The position numbers and the translations under genes were made by a program. Shown one piece after another: positions 51,719 through 61,046 of a stretch of DNA of 64,000 nt. The notes under the pieces were generated by a model that worked only from the letters and a program-made list of their open reading frames with translations, was not told the origin of the DNA and did not search any database. Numbering within the stretch: position 1 is the stretch's first letter; every line of letters begins with the position of its first letter. The DNA is from Firmicutes bacterium UBA5435 (GTDB lineage Bacteria; Bacillota; UBA5435): positions 4,947 to 68,946 of the forward strand of contig DIRN01000023.1 in the NCBI GenBank assembly GCA_002426645.1, given 5' to 3'.

Positions 51719-52912
51719 ATGCAATTATCAGAACGTGTTAAATCACTTCTTCCTTCTCCCACTCTTGCAATTGATTCTAAAGCTAAGAAAATGAAAAGTG
51801 AAGGGGTGGACATAATCGGCTTTGGCGCAGGAGAACCAGATTTCGACACACCAGATTATATAAAAGAGGCAGCTATAAACGCTATAAGAGAAGGGTATAC
51901 CAAATATACTCCTGCATCAGGTAGCCAAGAGTTAAAGGAGGCTATATGCGAAAAGCTGAAGAGAGATAATGGGCTTGAGTATGATGTGTCTGAAGTAATA
52001 GTCTCTTGTGGAGCGAAACATGTCCTATATAACGTTTTTCAAGCTATTTGTAATGATGGTGATGAGGTTATACTCCCAGCTCCTTATTGGGTCAGTTATA
52101 CAGAACAGATTAAGTTAGCAGGTGGAGTTCCAGTTATAGTTGAAACTACACGCGAAAATGGTTTTAAGGTCATGGTCTCTCATATTGAAGCTGCATTAAC
52201 TAAGAGAACAAAGGCTATAGTCTTGAATAATCCATGTAATCCTACAGGAGCTGTGTATGATAAGGATACTCTACAGGCCTTGGCTGAATTGGCTGTATCA
52301 AAAGGGCTATTTGTCATCTCTGATGAGATATATGAGAAACTTGTATACGATGGTGAAAAGCATTTTAGTATTGCATCTTTTGGGCCGGAGATTCGTGACT
52401 TGACAGTAACTATAAATGGTGTTTCTAAGTCTAATTCTATGACAGGATGGAGAATTGGATATGCTGCTGGTCACCGCTCCCTTATAAAGGCCATGTCGAA
52501 TCTTCAAAGCCATAGTACTTCCAATCCTAATTCTATAGCTCAGAAGGCTACTATTGCAGCGTTGAGAGGTCCGGAAGAGGCTGTGGAAGAGATGAGGGAG
52601 AAGTTTAGCCAGAGAAGAGATAGGTTAGCAGAATTAATAAATACTCTTGATGGTGTATCCTGCGATAAACCCATGGGTGCTTTTTATGTATTTGCGGATA
52701 TATCTGGTTTATACGGTAGAGAGATAGCTGGGCGGAAGATAAGAAGTTCTGATGACATATGTGATGTTCTTCTTGAAACTGCTAAGGTAGCGGTTGTTCC
52801 GGGTAGTGGTTTTGGGGCTCCTAACTATATACGCTTTTCATATTCTACGTCCATGGAGTCCATTGAAGAAGGTATGAAACGAATTGCTCAGGTAATTGGT
52901 GTTCGAAAATAA
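51719..52912 (+). CDS. Class I PLP aminotransferase (aspartate aminotransferase-like)
   Basis: GEPDF, NPCNPTG, DEIY, SKSNSMTGWRIG. Confidence 0.92.
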   Translation: MQLSERVKSLLPSPTLAIDSKAKKMKSEGVDIIGFGAGEPDFDTPDYIKEAAINAIREGYTKYTPASGSQELKEAICEKLKRDNGLEYDVSEVIVSCGAKHVLYNVFQAICNDGDEVILPAPYWVSYTEQIKLAGGVPVIVETTRENGFKVMVSHIEAALTKRTKAIVLNNPCNPTGAVYDKDTLQALAELAVSKGLFVISDEIYEKLVYDGEKHFSIASFGPEIRDLTVTINGVSKSNSMTGWRIGYAAGHRSLIKAMSNLQSHSTSNPNSIAQKATIAALRGPEEAVEEMREKFSQRRDRLAELINTLDGVSCDKPMGAFYVFADISGLYGREIAGRKIRSSDDICDVLLETAKVAVVPGSGFGAPNYIRFSYSTSMESIEEGMKRIAQVIGVRK

Positions 52913-52942
52913 TACGCTAATAGGAGGTTAACACCATTTCCC

Positions 52943-53680
52943 ATGATGAAGATAGCTATAATTGGTGGAACCGGACTTTATGATCCTAATCTTTTTCATG
53001 AACCAGGGGAAGAGCTTGTTTCTACTCCATATGGTAAGGTGAAAGTCAAATACGGCGACTTTGGTGGGAAAAGAGTGGCGTTCCTTTCGCGTCACGGCGA
53101 AGGGGCTAATGTGCCCCCTCATAGGGTTAACTATAGGGGAAATATCCATGCCCTTAAGAAGCTAGGTATTAAAAATGTCATTGCTACTGCGGCTGTTGGT
53201 TCCCTTTCTAAGGATTTTACTCCGGGTACGATAATCCTTGTGGATCAATTTTTGGACTTTACAAAGGGTAGGATCTCGACGTTTCATGATGGTGGTTCCG
53301 AAGGAGTTCGCCATACGGATATGACAGAACCTTATTGTTCAGAATTGAGAAGAGTAATAGAGGAAGAGGCGACCTCGATAGGTTTAACTGTTAGGAATGG
53401 TGGGTGTTACGTTTGTACAGAGGGACCTAGGTTTGAAACAGCTGCAGAAGTTAGGATGTTTAGGATGCTTGGTGGCGATGTAGTTGGTATGACAGGCGTC
53501 CCAGAAGTAGTCCTTGCGCGTGAGGCTGGTCTTTATTACGCAAGTATTACAATGGTGGCAAATCTTGCAGCAGGTTTAGATAGCCCAGAGGTGAGCCATA
53601 ACGAAGTTGTTAATGTTATGGCGGATATTTATGATGATATAAAGAAGCTCTTAGAGAATACTGTAAGGGCTCTACCTTGA
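52943..53680 (+). CDS. mtnP: S-methyl-5'-thioadenosine/thioinosine phosphorylase
   Basis: IIGGTG, RHG...PPHRVNYR.N, EGPRFET.AE, VGMT. Confidence 0.85.
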   Translation: MMKIAIIGGTGLYDPNLFHEPGEELVSTPYGKVKVKYGDFGGKRVAFLSRHGEGANVPPHRVNYRGNIHALKKLGIKNVIATAAVGSLSKDFTPGTIILVDQFLDFTKGRISTFHDGGSEGVRHTDMTEPYCSELRRVIEEEATSIGLTVRNGGCYVCTEGPRFETAAEVRMFRMLGGDVVGMTGVPEVVLAREAGLYYASITMVANLAAGLDSPEVSHNEVVNVMADIYDDIKKLLENTVRALP

Positions 53681-53745
53681 ATTTAGATTTTATCATTGTA
53701 GATAACAGTAGAAGGGTTGACTCTAATTATTAAGGAGTGTGCCTA

Positions 53746-54780
53746 ATGAAACGTCCCAAAAGTATAATTTGGGAGAACCAGGAAGTTTTGCTTTTGGATC
53801 AGACCCTACTCCCTCATGAGATAACCTTTATCCGCTGTGATGATGTTCTATCTGTTGCAGAAGGGATAAGAGATATGAAGGTTAGAGGGGCTCCTGCTAT
53901 CGGGGCTACTGCAGCTTATGGAATGGTCCTTGCGGCTATGAAAGCTAATGCGGAAGATGAAGAAGTATTTTTCAAGATTTTAGATAAAGCAGCTTCTCTT
54001 TTGAAAGGGACTCGTCCAACTGCGGTGAACCTCTTCTGGGCAGTTAATAGGATGTTAGCTAAAGCTAAGGAAAATAGAGGGAAGGGTATAGACGAAATAG
54101 TGTGCATTCTCCTTAATGAGGCAGAGGCAATAGCATCAGAAGATGTTGAAGTCAACAAGAGTATAGGCCGTTATGGAGCATCTCTTCTCTGCCATGATGA
54201 TGTTGTTCTTACCCATTGCAATGCTGGTGCTCTTGCTACTGTTGATTATGGGACTGCATTGGGCATTATTAGAGCTGCATGGGATGAGGGTAAGAAGGTT
54301 AAAGTATATGCTGATGAGACACGCCCATATTTGCAGGGGGCTCGTCTTACTGCTTGGGAACTTATACAGGATGGAATTCCAGTTACTCTTATCCCAGATG
54401 TTGCTGCTGGTTATGTTATGAAGAATAGACTTGTCACTGCAGTAATTGTAGGAGCTGATAGGGTAGCAGCTAATGGAGATGTAGCTAATAAAATTGGGAC
54501 TTATTCATTGGCGGTTCTTGCCAAAGAGAATGGCATCCCGTTTTATGTTGCAGCACCTACTTCTACTATAGATTTGTCTATTGATACAGGTGATGAAATT
54601 ACCATTGAGGAACGCGCTTCAGAGGAAGTTACCCATTTTCGAGGTGTAAGAGTTGCTCCAGAAGGGGTAGATGTCTTTAATCCTAGCTTTGATATAACTC
54701 CTGGAGAGTATATTGACGCTATAATATGCGAGCGCGGGATAGCAAGACAGCCATATAAAAAGAGTCTGCTACTTATTTAA
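53746..54780 (+). CDS. mtnA: S-methyl-5-thioribose-1-phosphate isomerase
   Basis: VRGAPAIG, RPTAVNL, THCNAGALAT, ETRPYLQGARLT. Confidence 0.95.
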   Translation: MKRPKSIIWENQEVLLLDQTLLPHEITFIRCDDVLSVAEGIRDMKVRGAPAIGATAAYGMVLAAMKANAEDEEVFFKILDKAASLLKGTRPTAVNLFWAVNRMLAKAKENRGKGIDEIVCILLNEAEAIASEDVEVNKSIGRYGASLLCHDDVVLTHCNAGALATVDYGTALGIIRAAWDEGKKVKVYADETRPYLQGARLTAWELIQDGIPVTLIPDVAAGYVMKNRLVTAVIVGADRVAANGDVANKIGTYSLAVLAKENGIPFYVAAPTSTIDLSIDTGDEITIEERASEEVTHFRGVRVAPEGVDVFNPSFDITPGEYIDAIICERGIARQPYKKSLLLI

Positions 54781-55153
54781 AAGGAATAAATAGCCACCAT
54801 TTACTCTTCTAATGGTGGCTTGTGCTTTTTAAGTATAGTATATCTTCTCTATTGATTTTGTCATGAGACGATAAGACCTGCATCTCTTCGATTAAATCCC
54901 TACCAGTTGAGTAATAACACAAGAGTTACATACTTGGATTTAAGAATCTAGTATCCTCACAAAACGCTTCTACAAATTGAGTGTGAATCATGTTCTTTTT
55001 AGCTCTCTATAATAGGCTGCCCCTTTGCTTCTACCTCCAAACCCTCATAGGTAGAATATAAAGTTTTATTATAAATAAACCATGCAAGGTTTTTTTATTT
55101 TCGAAATTTGTCAAAAGACTGATTCCAAAGTACAAATTAAATCAAAAAATCTA

Positions 55154-55182
55154 TTGACATCCACGTTAGGTTATGTTATATT
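55154..55182 (+). promoter_or_regulatory. Sigma-A promoter of the tRNA pair
   Basis: TTGACA-17-TATATT with TG extension and upstream A-tract. Confidence 0.75.
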
Positions 55183-55207
55183 AAATAATGCGTGAGCAAC
55201 GCAATGT

Positions 55208-55281
55208 TGGGGAGTCGTCTAGTGGTAGGACGCCAGGTTCTGGCCCTGGTAGCAGGGGTTCGAATCCTCTCTCCCCAGCCA
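55208..55281 (+). tRNA. tRNA-Gln(CTG)
   Basis: Acceptor TGGGGAG/CTCCCCA, anticodon arm CCAGG-TTCTGGC-CCTGG, GTTCGAA, CCA end. Confidence 0.95.
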
Positions 55282-55290
55282 AAGTGAATT

Positions 55291-55366
55291 GGCCCCATCG
55301 TCTAGTGGCCTAGGACACCGCCCTCTCACGGCGGCGACAGGGGTTCAAATCCCCTTGGGGCTACCA
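55291..55366 (+). tRNA. tRNA-Glu(CTC)
   Basis: Acceptor GGCCCCA/TGGGGCT, anticodon arm CCGCC-CTCTCAC-GGCGG, GTTCAAA, CCA end. Confidence 0.95.
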
Positions 55367-55792
55367 TTTTTTATAAGTAAACGAAAGAACCCTCCACTAA
55401 GGATGTGAAGGGTATTTTTCTGTGACGTTTATTTAAAGTTATACCTACCTCTAAATACACGGAATTTTGTATATTACATTAACTATGGTTGGGTTGTCTA
55501 CTATTTAATACTACCTCTGTAGATACTTCTATATACGACAGGAGCAAATAGTCTTACTTTGAGAAATAGCATGCCTAACTATAGGTGATTTCGTTACTTA
55601 CAGCAACTAAACATTCAAGCTACAATCATTATTAAGCATCCAACTTTTTTCTTATTTATTAGATTACTCCTAAAAGTAGGGAATCTTCAACAGCCACGGT
55701 TATAATTACTTGAAGGTGTTTGCACTTATGGAGCGAATTAAATTAGATATTCAAGAGTTCACATAGATTTAATGTATTTTTAGTGGAACGAG

Positions 55793-56356
55793 GTGCCAGA
55801 GCTTATGTCTTCTGAAATATTATGTGGAAAGAAAGTATATCTACAACCAGTCTCTGATGAGGATTTCCTAAAGATGTTAGAATGGGGAAATGATCCTGAG
55901 CTTAGATACTTAATGGGTCAATGGAAGGAAGATATGGAGGATGTTGATTGGTACAAACGTTTAAAGGATGGAAAGACCAGTCAAATGTTTGCTATTTACA
56001 CAAGTGATGATGGACTAATTGGAGATATAGAGCTTATCAATATAACGTGGCGAAATCATCAGGCTGAACTTATTATAAGAATAGGCGATAAGAGATATTG
56101 GGGGCAAGGGTATGGAACAGATGCGATTATCCTTATTTTGCAGTATGCCTTCATGGAATTAAAACTTCAAGAAGTATACCTGCGAGTCCATAATTATAAT
56201 CGTCGTGCTATCCGATGTTATGAAAAATGTGGCTTTAAGAAAGAAGGAGTCCTGAGATTTAAAAATTATAGAGGAAGGAAAGGATATAGTATAATACTAA
56301 TGAACGTTTTACGCCATGAGTTCCTCACTCATTTCGCGTTTAGGCTTGAAGCCTAG
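55793..56356 (+). CDS. GNAT acetyltransferase (RimJ/RimL-like)
   Basis: YWGQGYGTDA, N.RAIRCYEKCGFKKEG. Confidence 0.9.
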   Translation: MPELMSSEILCGKKVYLQPVSDEDFLKMLEWGNDPELRYLMGQWKEDMEDVDWYKRLKDGKTSQMFAIYTSDDGLIGDIELINITWRNHQAELIIRIGDKRYWGQGYGTDAIILILQYAFMELKLQEVYLRVHNYNRRAIRCYEKCGFKKEGVLRFKNYRGRKGYSIILMNVLRHEFLTHFAFRLEA

Positions 56357-56496
56357 AAATCAATATGCACTTTACAATGTCGAAAAAGATATACTTGTAT
56401 ACATATAATGTTAAGAAGGAATCTTTATATGAGCGGCGAAATTAAATGGCAGAAAAGCAGATTCACATTGGTTGGGAAAAGAGAGGATATCTCTTA

Positions 56497-56618
56497 ATAA
56501 AAATGGAACCCGTCGTCAGACGTGGTTGGGTTGGGGTAAGCGCCGACGACGGGTCACTATCGTAGTCTTCGCTTTGTAGAGTATATTAATTAATGCACTC
56601 ACAAAGTGAAGCTACTAT
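56497..56618 (-). ncRNA. Candidate ~120-nt sRNA with a C-rich loop
   Basis: TTGCCT-17-TATAAT promoter (56653-56625), two hairpins, terminal U-tract. Confidence 0.65.
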
Positions 56619-56775
56619 GTATCTATTATAACTCTTTTTTGCGAAAGAGGCAAGGGGTAATTTAATCAAAAGTACATAATTAGTATTGATTATTTAACTT
56701 TACTCATTAAGAAAGGAGGGACATAATGGTTATTCTGACGCTTTATATAAAAAAAGGGAATAACCACTACCAAAT

Positions 56776-57000
56776 TTGGTGAAGGGCTCTTATCGAATTA
56801 ATAAATTCGCGTATTTATACAATATGGTTAAGGGAAAAGTTATGGGTATCAAATGGGAAGAAGGACAAGTCCTATTAGAATATGCTCTTTTAGTATGCTT
56901 AATTGGGATAGTCTTTATTGCAGCAGTACCATATTTAAAGACTGCCTTTAAGAGCTATTTTTCACGTGTGGTTTTAATAATTTCTTCCCCTGCACCATGA
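56776..57000 (+). CDS. Flp-like minor pilin
   Basis: EEGQVLLEYA prepilin motif followed by a hydrophobic helix. Start uncertain. Confidence 0.7.
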   Translation: MVKGSYRINKFAYLYNMVKGKVMGIKWEEGQVLLEYALLVCLIGIVFIAAVPYLKTAFKSYFSRVVLIISSPAP

Positions 57001-57113
57001 GTTATTACGATTTGCCAAACTTGATGGGTGCCGCGTTACGAGGCCAGTTATACTAGTACCATTATCTCTCAAGGGAACACACACACAATTCAAAGAATAA
57101 GGAGGTGTTATCA

Positions 57114-57290
57114 GTGTTGAAAAGGATTAGAAGAGTGCTCTACTCAGAAAGTGGACAAGGGATGGCTGAGTATGCACTTATACTTGTTCTAGTAGCAATT
57201 GCATGTTTAGCTGTTACTAAAGGTCTGGGAAATAATATCGTAGCCAAGCTTAATGAAGCATCAAATAAAATTTCAGGGGCTAGTCTCTAA
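57114..57290 (+). CDS. flp: Flp/Fap type IVc pilin
   Basis: ESGQGMAEYALILVLVAI; SD AAGGAGGTG. Confidence 0.9.
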   Translation: MLKRIRRVLYSESGQGMAEYALILVLVAIACLAVTKGLGNNIVAKLNEASNKISGASL

Positions 57291-57422
57291 TAGCATCCTA
57301 TTTACGATATTCGTCCTAGCTTTATAAAACCGGAGGTGTCCTACTCCATAAAGGTTGGACTGAGGAGATCAGACGCGGCGCCTTTTTTTATCGTATCTTC
57401 ATAAACCAAGGGGGGATTAAAG

Positions 57423-57872
57423 TTGTTTCTTAGTTCAAGACTTAATGTTTTAGATGAAAAAGGAAACGCCCTTGTAGAATTTGTATTGATCTTACCATTA
57501 TTTCTTCTCTTGATCTTTGGTATTATTGAGGTCTCTTTGCTTTTATCGAATAAGATGATACTTAATTATGCCACATATATGGGGGCTAGATCAGGTATAG
57601 TCAATGAAAGATACGCAGAAGAATCGGTAGATACATCAGCACGATTAATCATCGCGGGCACTAGCGATTTAAAGAGTATCCTACCCGGGCTAGGGGGTAT
57701 AGTTTTTTCTACTGATGTTACAAAGAAGGGTAACGATCTTTACGTAGAAACAGAGTATAAAGCTCCAGGCTTATTCCCTTTAACATCGAAGTTAATGGGT
57801 AGGTCCTTGCCTTTCCTACCTTTTTCGTGGTTTGAATTAAAATCAAATTATAAGATGAGAATTGAAAAGTGA
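57423..57872 (+). CDS. TadE-family pseudopilin
   Basis: EKGNALVEFVLILP...A..GAR. Confidence 0.85.
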   Translation: MFLSSRLNVLDEKGNALVEFVLILPLFLLLIFGIIEVSLLLSNKMILNYATYMGARSGIVNERYAEESVDTSARLIIAGTSDLKSILPGLGGIVFSTDVTKKGNDLYVETEYKAPGLFPLTSKLMGRSLPFLPFSWFELKSNYKMRIEK

Positions 57873-57911
57873 AGGAGGGAATCTCCTGGCCAATTATACC
57901 AGGACTAATAT

Positions 57912-58637
57912 ATGTTGTGGATGCACTACAGCAATGAAGGTGGTCAGGTTCTAGTGGCTACAGCTACATTTATAGTAATCCTTCTCCTAGCTATTGTTGT
58001 AGTCGGAGATATAGGTGAGACTATAGTTTCACGGATTCAACTCCAAAATGCAAGTGACGCTGGAGCTTTAGCTGGAGCGACTGTATTAAAAATAGCCATG
58101 GATTGTTTAGCATTATCGAACTCGATAGTGTGCAGTTTTTATATAGGTCCTTTATTTAAACTACCGTTGTGTATAGAATTAGCTTTTGCTGTAGCTGGAA
58201 TACAGGATATTGTTATAGAGCTAGCACCTTATCTTAGTGTCATCGTTGCAGTAAGCGTAGCTCAAAGTAATGGTGCGGATATGGCCTTTGTTTATAATGA
58301 CATTATAGATCCTACTGCTATACCTTCTCTTATGGTGCAACGTAAAGGTAGGATAGGGAAAATATTTCCCGGACTAATTGTTGACCATTATAAGAGAACT
58401 AAAGATAAGCCTTACGGAGATAGATTTATAAGACTAGTAGCTCTGAAAGCTAAAAAAGATTCCCAAGTAGGGAGTGAGTTTTCATCAGACATCAAATCAA
58501 TACCACATATGAAAGCAGTGTCAGAAGCCGCAACATATGGGGGGACTCTCAATCCATTATATAGATTTATAAAAAAATATAAAGAACGATTGGTTCCTGT
58601 TAGCCTCAAAATACTAGAACTTGAATTTAATCACTAA
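57912..58637 (+). CDS. TadG-like pilin
   Basis: GGQVLV..TM..DIG...LQNASDAGALAG. SD (57872-57879) bridged by hairpin TCCTGG/CCAGGA. Confidence 0.8.
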   Translation: MLWMHYSNEGGQVLVATATFIVILLLAIVVVGDIGETIVSRIQLQNASDAGALAGATVLKIAMDCLALSNSIVCSFYIGPLFKLPLCIELAFAVAGIQDIVIELAPYLSVIVAVSVAQSNGADMAFVYNDIIDPTAIPSLMVQRKGRIGKIFPGLIVDHYKRTKDKPYGDRFIRLVALKAKKDSQVGSEFSSDIKSIPHMKAVSEAATYGGTLNPLYRFIKKYKERLVPVSLKILELEFNH

Positions 58638-58649
58638 TTGGAGGGGCCT

Positions 58650-59093
58650 ATGAACTCTTTATTTATTTTACGGTTCTTAAAAAAACTACGACTGCACTTA
58701 GCCGATTCACATGGTCAGGCGTTAATAGAATTTGCATTAGTCCTTCCTATTCTTATCGTGGTATTTATCGGAGTCTTAGAAATAGGAAGGATTCGAGAGA
58801 TACAGATACTTTTGAATATGGCGGTTCATCAAGGGGCTAGAGTAGCTGTGTTAGGCGGAGATGGGAAGGAAACAATGGATTCTTTTTTAGCGGGACATTC
58901 TATTATAGATAAGGATAGACTCACGACTAAGATTGAGTATAAGTACTTGCATATAGTTGCTATTGCTAAATATGACTTAAATATTGCTCAAATTATTAAA
59001 AGGGGTACAGATCTATATCAACTTAAAGCTGAATGTAAAATGCAAGAGTATAACTATATATTGGATCTTTTGAAGTTCCATCGCCTTTTCTAA
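58650..59093 (+). CDS. TadE-family pseudopilin
   Basis: GQALIEFALVLP...GARVA. Confidence 0.85.
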   Translation: MNSLFILRFLKKLRLHLADSHGQALIEFALVLPILIVVFIGVLEIGRIREIQILLNMAVHQGARVAVLGGDGKETMDSFLAGHSIIDKDRLTTKIEYKYLHIVAIAKYDLNIAQIIKRGTDLYQLKAECKMQEYNYILDLLKFHRLF

Positions 59094-59187
59094 AGTATGG
59101 AAGCACAAGATTACCTAAGACATATAGAGAGGGGGGAAGACGCATTCCTCACGAGTTAAGGTCACGTGATTTTATGCGTCTGGTTTT

Positions 59188-60060
59188 ATGATAAAACTAA
59201 AAAGAAACACAATATCAATAAGGCTTATATTAATAATTATGGTCGTATCAATCGTAAACATATGCAGCATGGTTTGCTCAGCAATGATATCTTTTGGGAG
59301 TCTTTCTTTGCCTGAATATCCTGGGACTACAGAATCAGGATATATGAATATGATAGTAAATGGGGAGGAGGCAATTCTGTTTACTGGTATGCTAGATAGG
59401 GACACAATAAAAGAGGTAATAGAGTTTTATAGGGACTTTTTAATTCGGGGCGGATGGAAAAGGGAAGAAGAATTCGATCGTCAAGCTGTCGAATTATTAA
59501 TAGCTCAGAGCATGTATGACGCTTCTACCAGTGGATATGATTATTATGAAGACGGCTTTTATTATACGTTTAGCAAAGGTAATAGCCTGATCAGGCTTTG
59601 GGGGTTCACTGATATTGAGGAAAAACTAACAATGTATTTTATTTGCTTTGCTGAACAAGGTAAGCAAAGCCTTGAAAGAGCTAGTGTTGAGGAACTTAAA
59701 ATGGGTATGCCCTCAAAAGATTTGCCTGGTGATGATCCAGTAGACATACCACGGTATCCAGGAAGCATAAGAGAAGGCAGTCTTTTTATGGAAGATGGAG
59801 TCATACAATACTTCCATTATGTAACCACTGCAGCTCCAGAAAAGGTATATAGTTTTTACGAAGAGTGTATGAAAAAGAAAGGTTGGCAAAGTAGTAATCT
59901 GTTTTCTGCTTTGTTGAGTAATGAGAGAGGGTTTTTTTCTATTTATTTCAACGAGCTTAAAACAGCTTATCTCTACATAGATAATTCATTAAAAGATGGG
60001 ATAACTAGTATAAGCATTATTGTGTATTGCAGTGAAACCGAAGACTTTTCGTTTTTTTAA
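59188..60060 (+). CDS. Exported protein with a duplicated domain, in the tad operon
   Basis: Signal/TM segment; two P.YPG...V..FY...GW repeats. SD (59131-59136) bridged by hairpin AGACGCAT/ATGCGTCT. Confidence 0.6.
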   Translation: MIKLKRNTISIRLILIIMVVSIVNICSMVCSAMISFGSLSLPEYPGTTESGYMNMIVNGEEAILFTGMLDRDTIKEVIEFYRDFLIRGGWKREEEFDRQAVELLIAQSMYDASTSGYDYYEDGFYYTFSKGNSLIRLWGFTDIEEKLTMYFICFAEQGKQSLERASVEELKMGMPSKDLPGDDPVDIPRYPGSIREGSLFMEDGVIQYFHYVTTAAPEKVYSFYEECMKKKGWQSSNLFSALLSNERGFFSIYFNELKTAYLYIDNSLKDGITSISIIVYCSETEDFSFF

Positions 60061-60126
60061 GATATACACTAATAGTATTGGTCTGTAGATGCCTTAAGTA
60101 CCTTTGAAAGAAGGAGCAGATATACA

Positions 60127-60996
60127 TTGGTAAATAAAACTAATCTTCTCTTAGCACTGTTATTTGGACTTATCGCCACATTACTCATGCATTCGTATGT
60201 TAAAAATATAGAAGAGGATTTACTAGATGAATCAGAAACCGTAAAGGTAATTACGGTGGTAAGTCCTATAAAAACAGGAGAAATTATAACTCGGCAAATG
60301 GTTGAAGAGAAGGAGATGCCAAAGCGTTTTGTAGTCGATGGAAATATCTCAAGGGTTGAAGAAGTATTAAATAAGTATGCGCTAGTAGATATGAGTCCAG
60401 GAGAACAAATCATTAGGGCGAGGTTGACAGATGATAAGGTGTCTAAAGATAACAATTATCACCTGCCAAAAGGATTACGCGCCATGATGTTTTCATTGTC
60501 AGATGAGGATCGCCTTGGCGGCATCTTAAAGTCAGGAGATAGTGTTGATGTAATAGCTGTTCTTCCATTAAGAACAGGGGAAGGTGAAGTAAGTATGACT
60601 GTACTTCAAGATGTAACTGTTCTCTCAGCGGGAGAACCATTTGATGATTCATCATTATCTGAGAATCTTACTTACAGTAACATGAATTTTATGGGATATG
60701 GTTCGGCCTCGTCTAATATAGTTTTGGCAGTTACTCCTGAAGAAGCTCAGCAATTAGCCTTACTTGATCAGTATGGAAGAATAAAGTTATCTTTACGACC
60801 TTTTGGTGATGTAGAATTAGAGGCTCTTAATGAGACCAAGCTTACTTCCATTACCATAAGCGGGACTCAGAGATATGAGCGCAGCATTCAAGTAATTAAA
60901 GGAATAGAGCTTCAGGAGACAAATGTTGATATTAGAACCATGCCTTCGTCTATTTTCGATTTTGGAGACTGGGACGAGCTCTATTATGCAGAATAG
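60127..60996 (+). CDS. cpaB: Flp pilus assembly protein CpaB/RcpC
   Basis: SAF domain, LPKGLRA, GDSVDVI, VLQDVTVL, LAVTPEEAQ.L. Confidence 0.9.
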   Translation: MVNKTNLLLALLFGLIATLLMHSYVKNIEEDLLDESETVKVITVVSPIKTGEIITRQMVEEKEMPKRFVVDGNISRVEEVLNKYALVDMSPGEQIIRARLTDDKVSKDNNYHLPKGLRAMMFSLSDEDRLGGILKSGDSVDVIAVLPLRTGEGEVSMTVLQDVTVLSAGEPFDDSSLSENLTYSNMNFMGYGSASSNIVLAVTPEEAQQLALLDQYGRIKLSLRPFGDVELEALNETKLTSITISGTQRYERSIQVIKGIELQETNVDIRTMPSSIFDFGDWDELYYAE

Positions 60997-61046
60997 CTTG
61001 GATAAAGAAAGGTACGTAGAAGAATTGAAATTAGGTGATAAATCAG

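Noticed and set aside
55367-55790. Integrative element attached at tRNA-Glu
   Set aside because: No integrase, and no duplicated tRNA 3' end seen in the window.
56360-57110. c-di-GMP riboswitch upstream of the pilins
   Set aside because: The class I GCAAA/GAAA consensus and the class II consensus were not found.
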